Part shown: positions 57,701 to 64,000 of the stretch, piece by piece | How positions within the stretch are numbered: the stretch's first letter is position 1 | Layout: the number at the start of each line of letters is the position of its first letter | IMG/VR virus record: IMGVR_UViG_3300042520_001372 | Reading direction: 5' to 3' (one strand) | Length of the DNA: 64,000 bases | Origin: a virus | The notes under the pieces: generated by a model | Told to the model about the DNA's origin: nothing | What the model saw: only the letters and a program-made list of their open reading frames with translations | Database searches by the model: none | Translations under genes and position numbers: made by a program

Positions 57701-58938
57701 TATACTGTAAAGTTAGAGTTAGATTTAAGAAGGTCGGGATTTAATGTTAAAAGTTTCTTTAATAATGCAGGTGCTTTTTTATTTAGACTTGGTATTGGGC
57801 CGCCTGAATTAGATGCTTTTAAAGAGGCTGTTACTAGTTCTTTAAGCACGTCAATCATTGTCTTTAGTAACTCTACTGTTGTATCTCCAAGTAGTAAAGG
57901 TTCTTTTGCAGATTTAGATCCTAAGTATATTTTACTAGTTTGAATTATCATTTCAGAAGCATCTATGTTAACTGTTCCTGCAGAACTTAAACTGATACTT
58001 TTTGCTGAACTTAATAATAGGTGATCTTCTGTTGTATTAAAGACTAGCCTTCCAGAGTTTATAATTACCTGCTTGCCCGTGTATTCATCAGGTAGGGTAG
58101 GGGGATTCGATTTATAACTAAAGTAATTTGTATTTGCTAGTAGCGGTACTTTTTGAGTTGTTGTTAAGTAGATAGAAGATGCATCTGTGTTGATATCTTC
58201 TACTGTAAAATCCCATCCATTCTTAGTAGGGTTATCTGTTTGACCGTTCCTAATAATTGTTATAGCGTCTCCTTGGGTGCCCACAGTGGACCAGGGGTTT
58301 TTATCAGGAGCTGTACCGCTCAACCTAATACTATTGCCCCACCTTCCTTCGTAAATTAAATCTCCTTCGAAAGGCTGTAGTGGATAGATATCTGAACGTT
58401 CTTTAAAGTATTTGCCAAACCTAATTGTACCTGAAGTATCTGTTAATTTATTTGTACTTCCTAAAGCAGAGTCCTGGTAATTTTTAGAATTCTCAGGGGT
58501 TAAAGATCCTGCAGAATATGGGATAGCGTTATGATGTGGGTGATTCCAAAGATTAACTACACTAATGTAGTATAGTGCTTTTGCAGAATTCCTCTGCATT
58601 ATTTTCTTTGTCGGCTGTGATACTAAGTAGACAACCTCATTTACGAGCGGATAGTTCTTAATACCGGGCTGTAAAGGGTAAGCAACTTTATAGTTTTGAT
58701 TTTCAGATACTGTAGAGTAGTCTCCTGTACCTCCAGAGAGGTCAATTATCTCAACTGCACCGATAGCTTTTGGCCCACCTAATTCTTTATACTTTGGGTG
58801 AGAGTCGTCAAGTACGACGCTAAGTACTCTCCCGGTCGAATTTAAGTTTGCTAACTTTAATGCATCAAGGGTTTTACTAGTACCGGAGGTGCTATTATTA
58901 AAACTACCATCTAGAGCTCCAAAGCCAAATTTTGCCAT
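57700..58938 (-). CDS. Baseplate hub/central spike-like protein
   Basis: YPLVNEVV, GDLIYEGRWGNSIRL, beta-repeat C-terminal half, EPLLLGD; lies upstream of gp25. Confidence 0.55.
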   Translation of the reverse strand: MAKFGFGALDGSFNNSTSGTSKTLDALKLANLNSTGRVLSVVLDDSHPKYKELGGPKAIGAVEIIDLSGGTGDYSTVSENQNYKVAYPLQPGIKNYPLVNEVVYLVSQPTKKIMQRNSAKALYYISVVNLWNHPHHNAIPYSAGSLTPENSKNYQDSALGSTNKLTDTSGTIRFGKYFKERSDIYPLQPFEGDLIYEGRWGNSIRLSGTAPDKNPWSTVGTQGDAITIIRNGQTDNPTKNGWDFTVEDINTDASSIYLTTTQKVPLLANTNYFSYKSNPPTLPDEYTGKQVIINSGRLVFNTTEDHLLLSSAKSISLSSAGTVNIDASEMIIQTSKIYLGSKSAKEPLLLGDTTVELLKTMIDVLKELVTASLKASNSGGPIPSLNKKAPALLKKLLTLNPDLLKSNSNFTV

Positions 58939-59273
58939 TACTTATCTTCTTTTATATTGTTAATCTCTTTTAGTAACTGCTCCCTTTCTTCATCGGTAAT
59001 CCCGAACGAGTCAGTAGCGGAGTCTTGATTCTGGAATATACGTTGGATGATTGTTGCAACCTTTACAAGTTGGTCATCATTCTTAACTCCGATCTCTAAG
59101 TACTCTTTAATAAGAGGTACTATCAAAGTTGCATCTCCGGTATCTTCAATTAAAGGACGTAACTCAGAGATAAGAGTTGAAATCTGCTTTTCTTTCTTCT
59201 TCTGATTGTCGTAAATCTCCTCTAGAAGGTCTGCGAATTTCTTATTTTTAAAAATTAATTTATCTAAACTCAT
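58938..59273 (-). CDS. Hypothetical helical protein
   Basis: 111-aa ORF. Confidence 0.6.
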   Translation of the reverse strand: MSLDKLIFKNKKFADLLEEIYDNQKKKEKQISTLISELRPLIEDTGDATLIVPLIKEYLEIGVKNDDQLVKVATIIQRIFQNQDSATDSFGITDEEREQLLKEINNIKEDK

Positions 59274-59310
59274 GGTTAATCTATTTTTTATAAATAGAAA
59301 GTAGTACAGT

Positions 59311-60045
59311 TTAGAAGTCTGCGTACCCGTTCTCTACATAGAATGCATACTGTTTCTTATAGAGATCCCCTAGTTCGTTAGCTACTTTTGTGATTCTAGG
59401 CGTCTTAACGTCGATAATCTCCCTTATGTAAATGTAAAGAGCTTTCTTATTAAAGATTGTTATATGTTCTCTTTTTCTGAATAATTCGAGAATAGCATCT
59501 GCAATCTGTGCATCTTCATCTTTAGGGAATAACTCGTAGATGTTATCTGTACAATGCTCCACGTAGATATCTAAGAACTCAGACACTTCATCTACCGGAT
59601 GGTACACTTGAGTGTCAGCCTGTACCCCATTTACATCTAATACGTCTCCATAAACAACCTCACCGTCTTCCTGTTCCGTATTTAAGGTATCTAAGGAGAG
59701 TAACTCTAACCTCTTCTTATAATTCTTTTGATTAGAAGCAATTAGGTATCTTTTAGCTACTGTTCCGAAATAAGAATACGCTTTAGCTCCATTCTCAGGG
59801 TTGAAGCGATCTAGTTTAGTTAGTAGGAAGGTAATTACTTCGTGCTGAAGGTCTTCTAAGTTTGTTTCCTCTGTGTAGTAGAATTTAAAAGTATGAATTA
59901 AGTTCTGTGTTAACTTATATAATGCATAGTGAATCTCTTCTCTATAAATCTTATTACGTTCTGCATAATCCTCAGTGTGCACATATTTAACTATTGCAAG
60001 TTGAGTATCGTGGGTAAAGTAATTTTTATTTTTCTTCTCGGTCAT
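59311..60045 (-). CDS. Phage sigma factor (T4 gp55/sigma70 region-2-like)
   Basis: KNYF start; DLQHE...KLDRFNPENGAKAYSYFGTVAKRYL. Confidence 0.65.
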   Translation of the reverse strand: MTEKKNKNYFTHDTQLAIVKYVHTEDYAERNKIYREEIHYALYKLTQNLIHTFKFYYTEETNLEDLQHEVITFLLTKLDRFNPENGAKAYSYFGTVAKRYLIASNQKNYKKRLELLSLDTLNTEQEDGEVVYGDVLDVNGVQADTQVYHPVDEVSEFLDIYVEHCTDNIYELFPKDEDAQIADAILELFRKREHITIFNKKALYIYIREIIDVKTPRITKVANELGDLYKKQYAFYVENGYADF

Positions 60046-60313
60046 CGGTCAATTTAAAGTTATTTAATCTACTTTGAATAACCTTTATTTGCTCGAAGAA
60101 CCAACCGATCTCATCATCACTTTGGAATGTGCCTTTGCTATCAATTTTTTGAAGTTGTTGTTCACTGTGTTCGATAATCTTAGATAAATTATCCATGTAC
60201 AGTAAATAAGCAGTTAAAACATCTTCCTGCTTTTCATTTTTACGAAGTAAGTTGTAAGTCGTATAACCTAATACACATACTGCTAGACTCAATATAGTAA
60301 TTAATATCGTCAT
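60026..60313 (-). CDS. Small membrane protein
   Basis: N-terminal TM helix. Confidence 0.6.
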   Translation of the reverse strand: MTILITILSLAVCVLGYTTYNLLRKNEKQEDVLTAYLLYMDNLSKIIEHSEQQLQKIDSKGTFQSDDEIGWFFEQIKVIQSRLNNFKLTDDREEK

Positions 60314-61101
60314 TAGTCTGTGAAAAAGTTAGACATTGCATTCTTCAAACCATCACTCTGAATATTAGATAATGCTTTGTTTTTTGCCTGTTGTTGGTGA
60401 GTTACTGGATTCTTCTGAGTAGTCTCTTTTGAAATTGAGAACTGTTTTGACTTGGGTTGTTCTGTAGGATTGACTGTCATCTCAACTACTGAAGCCATTA
60501 GATCTGCTTGATGTAAAATATAGATAATCACTGATTTAGGTCTACTCTCTGGCATTCTGGAAATTAGATAAGCTTTGTTAGCTTCTTCATATAGTCCATC
60601 GTGAGTTTTAATAGCAAGCATCTCATTCATAGAATATTTAATATTAGCTTCCTGAAGTAAGAATAAGGACCTATCCGGGATAGTCATAAAAGCAACCTCA
60701 TTGTTGTAGGAGTAAACCTCACCTAGGTTTTTCTTTCTCCATTCATCTCTTCCGGGTAAATACAAATCGTTTTGGCTATCTCCCACTTTCCCTAAATCAT
60801 GATTCATAGCAGAAAAGACTAACTCTTCAATTGTAAAGGTAGACATATCACAGCCGAACTTCTCCCAAAGTTTTGCAAAGTGTAAGGAAGCTTTAATAAC
60901 ACGATTAACATGTTCAATGTATCCTCCGGGGAAACAGTTGTGATACTTAGTAGTATGAGCTGCTGGCATTAAGATAAACCTATCTACACGGTCTTCATAA
61001 AACTTACGCAAGTCTTCTTTTCTTGGAGAAGAAATATAGGTGTCAATATACCCTAGAAATTCTTCCCAATTAGATTGGATCTGTTCTGCTGTTAAATTCA
61101 T
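60313..61101 (-). CDS. HD-domain hydrolase (YhaM-like)
   Basis: H..FPGGYIEH, HDLGK, HDG, HQAD. Confidence 0.8.
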   Translation of the reverse strand: MNLTAEQIQSNWEEFLGYIDTYISSPRKEDLRKFYEDRVDRFILMPAAHTTKYHNCFPGGYIEHVNRVIKASLHFAKLWEKFGCDMSTFTIEELVFSAMNHDLGKVGDSQNDLYLPGRDEWRKKNLGEVYSYNNEVAFMTIPDRSLFLLQEANIKYSMNEMLAIKTHDGLYEEANKAYLISRMPESRPKSVIIYILHQADLMASVVEMTVNPTEQPKSKQFSISKETTQKNPVTHQQQAKNKALSNIQSDGLKNAMSNFFTD

Positions 61102-61105
61102 ACTC

Positions 61106-61137
61106 TAAAGATAATTACCTTTGTCCGGAAAAGCCAC
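61106..61137 (-). promoter_or_regulatory. Bacteroidota-type promoter (GTGG-N20-TATCTTTA)
   Basis: 4 nt upstream of the ATG at 61101. Confidence 0.55.
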
Positions 61138-61324
61138 CTACTTCATTAGTAGTTGTCGGCTCCATTTCAACATACTGTCTAACTTGGTTAAGCTGTTCTT
61201 CCGCTCTTTCAATAGTTTCTAAGTATGTTTTAATTGGCTCTTGTCTTTGAACAATCTGCCTCAACACCTTTAAGGTACTTTCTAATACCTCTACTTTGTT
61301 AATTACTTGATCTCTATATCTCAT
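61115..61324 (-). CDS. Hypothetical protein
   Basis: 69-aa helical ORF. Confidence 0.6.
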   Translation of the reverse strand: MRYRDQVINKVEVLESTLKVLRQIVQRQEPIKTYLETIERAEEQLNQVRQYVEMEPTTTNEVGGFSGQR

Positions 61325-61392
61325 ATTATTATATCCCTTTTAACTTTTCCCCCCTGTCTCAAACCCCATGTATAGATGATAAGAACTAAAAA

Positions 61393-61830
61393 CTACAAAG
61401 GCAACTTATTTTGTGAAAACTCTATAAATTCTATAATATTTTTTATAAAACTACATTTTTCATATTCCTCCAACTCTAGAAAATGGTCTAGAGCTAAAGT
61501 ACAAGCCTGTAAAAAGTTATCATCTACCTTCTCTAAGAGTGTATCTATGTGAAATGAATCTTCTAAATTTAATTGAGAAAGATATGAATAAGCTCTATTA
61601 AAAATCAAGCTCTTATTGAGCTGTTCTAAATTTACTTTATCTAAATCTTTATTAATCTCGGTAAAAAACCTAATCACCTGATCATTAAGTACATCTCCCC
61701 TGAAAATAATCCGGGTAAACATTCCCATAAAGACATACGGGTGGTCTGAAAAATCTAAAATCTCTTTAACTTTCTTACCTGACTTATCTTCAGGATCTTG
61801 AAATAATCCAAATACTAAACTAGGATCCAT
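61393..61830 (-). CDS. Hypothetical protein with UVR-like C-terminal helix pair
   Basis: Start reassigned to MDPSLVF (TATTTATA at 61837-61844, terminator further upstream); LEEYEKC. Confidence 0.55.
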   Translation of the reverse strand: MDPSLVFGLFQDPEDKSGKKVKEILDFSDHPYVFMGMFTRIIFRGDVLNDQVIRFFTEINKDLDKVNLEQLNKSLIFNRAYSYLSQLNLEDSFHIDTLLEKVDDNFLQACTLALDHFLELEEYEKCSFIKNIIEFIEFSQNKLPL

Positions 61831-61844
61831 ATATATTATAAATA

Positions 61845-61873
61845 GGAAAAGGACACTATAAGGCATCCTTTCC
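61845..61873 (-). terminator. Probable terminator hairpin
   Basis: GGAAAGGATGC-CTTATA-GTGTCCTTTTCC. Confidence 0.5.
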
Positions 61874-61890
61874 AAATATTTTAAGTTTAA

Positions 61891-62709
61891 TTATGCTTGT
61901 GGTTGACCTGGTTTAAGTATCATATTTTTATTAAAATAAGTTACAGCATTAGCAAGCATTTGAGTGTATTTAGGATCACCTATTTCTTTAGCAGCATTGT
62001 AAGCATCAATCAGAGTTGTAAATGCCTTTTTAAACTCCGGTGAACCAGTATCGAGATCAGGAGTTCCATCCATATTAATATCAACAGTAGTATCAGCAGT
62101 ATCTTCTACAGGAGCCTCAACATCAATATTAACCTCTTCAGGAACCTCTTCTTCTTCTTTCTTAGCCTCAAAAAGAGCTTCATCTACAGACAAAGTCTTA
62201 ACCTTATCCATAATATAGTCATAGATATCCTCCTGCTCAAATCCACCATCCTTTAATGCACCAATAATTCTTTTTGCAGCTGCAACCAAAACCTCAACAG
62301 AAGACTTAGAAACAGAGTTAGAGATATCCGAAGCATCCTCATTCATACCATCCATCTCACCAGAGAATTGCTTTAGATGATCCATCATATCGTAACCAAG
62401 GTTATTATCAAATCCTGAACCTATAGATCCAGCATCATAAGCCATCTTTAAATAATGATCAACAACACTAGCTGCATTAGTAAGACCTTGAGTATCATAC
62501 TCATCCATGCTACCCATCTCAGCATAAGCTTCTTGACCAATAGTCTCTTCAGGGAGCATCATCTCCTTAATCTTTGCCTTCAATTTCTCCTTAGTCATCT
62601 TTTTCATAGGAGCTTCCATTACAGGCTCTTCAGAAGTCATCTGATTAGTATACAAGCCTTCAGTCATAAGACCAGCAAGTTTCAACATTCTATTAAATTC
62701 TTTATTCAT
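61891..62709 (-). CDS. Acidic probable head-internal protein with scaffold-like RMLKLAGL motif
   Basis: N-terminal FNRMLKLAGL matches the scaffold C-terminus FERMKKLAGL. Confidence 0.65.
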   Translation of the reverse strand: MNKEFNRMLKLAGLMTEGLYTNQMTSEEPVMEAPMKKMTKEKLKAKIKEMMLPEETIGQEAYAEMGSMDEYDTQGLTNAASVVDHYLKMAYDAGSIGSGFDNNLGYDMMDHLKQFSGEMDGMNEDASDISNSVSKSSVEVLVAAAKRIIGALKDGGFEQEDIYDYIMDKVKTLSVDEALFEAKKEEEEVPEEVNIDVEAPVEDTADTTVDINMDGTPDLDTGSPEFKKAFTTLIDAYNAAKEIGDPKYTQMLANAVTYFNKNMILKPGQPQA

Positions 62710-62756
62710 TTTAAAAAGCGCTTTTATATAAATAGCGTCAAATTATAGAAAAGAAC

Positions 62757-62987
62757 TTAAGGTAACTCTTCCAAATACTTGAGGGTTGCTCGATGAATCT
62801 CCTTAATACCATGAACACTGCTAAGACCTAACTCTACTTGAATAGACCCCTGGTAAACACTGAAGCTATTTATAGGACCGTGTGGTGTTATATCACCGAG
62901 AAAGAATTTCTTACCATCCTTTAATCTTAATACACCTGTAATATACTCATCAGGTTGGATTGCAATAATTCTCCATGAACTGTTCAT
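62757..62987 (-). CDS. Hypothetical protein
   Basis: Start reassigned to MNSSWR; promoter TTTG-N20-TATATTAA at 62993-63024. Confidence 0.55.
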   Translation of the reverse strand: MNSSWRIIAIQPDEYITGVLRLKDGKKFFLGDITPHGPINSFSVYQGSIQVELGLSSVHGIKEIHRATLKYLEELP

Positions 62988-63024
62988 AACAGTTAATATA
63001 AGTAATAAAAGTAAAAGAAGCAAA

Positions 63025-63177
63025 TTAACCTTGTCCTCTAGAAACTTTTACGTAATTTTTAGAGGTTTTAATTTTAGACATTTTAGTCTTAGCATGAATG
63101 CCTTTTCTCTTTACCTGCTTCTTCGCAACCTTAAGTATAACAGAGGTAGATTTTGATTTTCCTTTAGTCGGTGCCAT
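63025..63177 (-). CDS. 50-aa highly basic protein
   Basis: Below the ORF-track cutoff: MAPTKGKSKSTSVILKVAKKQVKRKGIHAKTKMSKIKTSKNYVKVSRGQG; TATTTATC box upstream. Confidence 0.7.
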   Translation of the reverse strand: MAPTKGKSKSTSVILKVAKKQVKRKGIHAKTKMSKIKTSKNYVKVSRGQG

Positions 63178-63197
63178 ATTCCCTGATAAATAGACAT

Positions 63198-63230
63198 AAA
63201 AAAAAGACCTACCGAGTTAACGATAGGTCT
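63198..63230 (-). terminator. Intrinsic terminator
   Basis: AGACCTATCG/CGGTAGGTCT stem plus T run. Confidence 0.8.
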
Positions 63231-63272
63231 ATAATAGTAAATTAGAAATCCCTCGACGGGTTAGACATTTGA

Positions 63273-63575
63273 TTAATAATCCTGAGCAGATTTGCTCTTA
63301 ATGTAATTTAATTGATCTGTAATTCGAAAATCTAATTTATCGATCCGAGAGTCGATCTTTCGATCTAATTCTTGATTCCGATAAGCGATCTCACGCTCTA
63401 CAGTTTCTATCTGTCGATAGACATCCTGTATAGATGTTTGATGGTCACGCATTGAATTTTCAATCACCTGTTCGAGTTCGGTAACATTTTTGTCTGCCCT
63501 AAGAACCACCCTCATTAGTATTAAAATACCAACACTGACAACTCCTAGACCATAAGCTAAAATAATTTCATTCAT
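63273..63575 (-). CDS. Membrane-anchored coiled-coil protein
   Basis: N-terminal TM helix, then coiled coil. Confidence 0.6.
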   Translation of the reverse strand: MNEIILAYGLGVVSVGILILMRVVLRADKNVTELEQVIENSMRDHQTSIQDVYRQIETVEREIAYRNQELDRKIDSRIDKLDFRITDQLNYIKSKSAQDY

Positions 63576-63615
63576 AATTTGTTTCTTTTTTTTAAGTCAA
63601 AGAACTTCTAATTTG

Positions 63616-63687
63616 TACTCGGTAGGGGAGTCGAACCCCTCTTACCAGGATGAAAACCTGGTGTCCTAACCGATAGACGAACCGAGC
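63616..63687 (-). tRNA. tRNA-Glu(TTC)
   Basis: Cloverleaf; CCAGG-TT-TTC-AT-CCTGG anticodon arm; GGTTCGACTCC T-arm. Confidence 0.93.
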
Positions 63688-63692
63688 GATTG

Positions 63693-63763
63693 TTACCCCT
63701 GATAGATTCGAACTACCATTAACTGGACCAAAACCAGTTGTCCTGCCGTTAGACGAAAGGGTA
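63693..63763 (-). tRNA. tRNA-Gln(TTG)
   Basis: Cloverleaf; ACTGG-TT-TTG-GT-CCAGT; U1-A72; GTTCGAATC. Confidence 0.92.
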
Positions 63764-63767
63764 ATTT

Positions 63768-63866
63768 TGTTAGGTCACCAACTCCACCTAACATGAGGAG
63801 ATTTAACGTGATTTCTTTCTTGCACGAGAAGAACAGGCCTCCTTTGTTCACGAACCTGAACTGGTA
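63768..63866 (-). ncRNA. Candidate structured RNA in the tRNA spacer
   Basis: Multiple helices and two possible pseudoknot pairings (see findings). Confidence 0.4.
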
Positions 63867-63874
63867 TTAAGGTG

Positions 63875-63961
63875 CGGAAGATGTAGGATTCGAACCTACG
63901 GATGCTTTTCAACATCTTTAGTTTTCAAGACTAACGCAATCGGCCACTCTGCCAATCTTCC
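63875..63961 (-). tRNA. tRNA-Ser(TGA)
   Basis: GGAAGAT/ATCTTCC acceptor stem; TTAGT-CT-TGA-AA-ACTAA; long variable arm. Confidence 0.93.
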
Positions 63962-64000
63962 AATTTGTGTAAGGTTCCGTTACTTACACGTGCAACATAT

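Noticed and set aside
63768-63874. Theta (HDV-like) ribozyme or a fourth tRNA
   Set aside because: No P1 starting at the tRNA 3' end, no recognisable HDV core and no cloverleaf; kept only as an unknown ncRNA
1-64000. Stop-codon recoding
   Set aside because: Core genes are full length under the standard code, TGA serves as a stop in ATGA overlaps, and no suppressor tRNA is present in the window

Overview
A 64-kb piece of a large, AT-rich, T4-like tailed phage genome, with essentially all real genes on the minus strand. In transcription order (right to left) it holds: three tRNAs (Ser, Gln, Glu); a small basic protein, an HD hydrolase and a gp55/sigma-like factor; a contractile-tail baseplate block (hub/spike-like, gp25-like, gp6-like, large wedge); a GIY-YIG nuclease, primase and PD-(D/E)XK exonuclease; a ~10-kb cluster of probable head-internal cargo proteins; terminase, portal, prohead protease, scaffold, major capsid and PhoH; a fibre module with two giant paralogous 14-aa-repeat proteins (2893 and 2670 aa, the latter with a peptidase S74 chaperone) and a likely tip protein; and two glycosyltransferases. 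TTG-N20-TAT(A/C)TT(T/A)A promoters and the near-absence of Shine-Dalgarno sites point to a Bacteroidota host. The best leads are: (1) structured RNA leaders on the two giant fibre genes and on the scaffold/capsid operon, in a genome whose mRNAs otherwise look nearly leaderless; (2) an apparent capsid cargo-addressing system (shared MINLLDIxxE tags, a copy of the scaffold RMxKLAGL tail, LxE protease sites) with a recombination scar; (3) a constant-unit/variable-spacer DNA architecture in the fibres; (4) strong [S/T]GS enrichment in virion proteins next to glycosyltransferases; (5) a ~100-nt pseudoknot-like RNA between tRNAs. All calls are from motif recognition by eye; no database searches were run.
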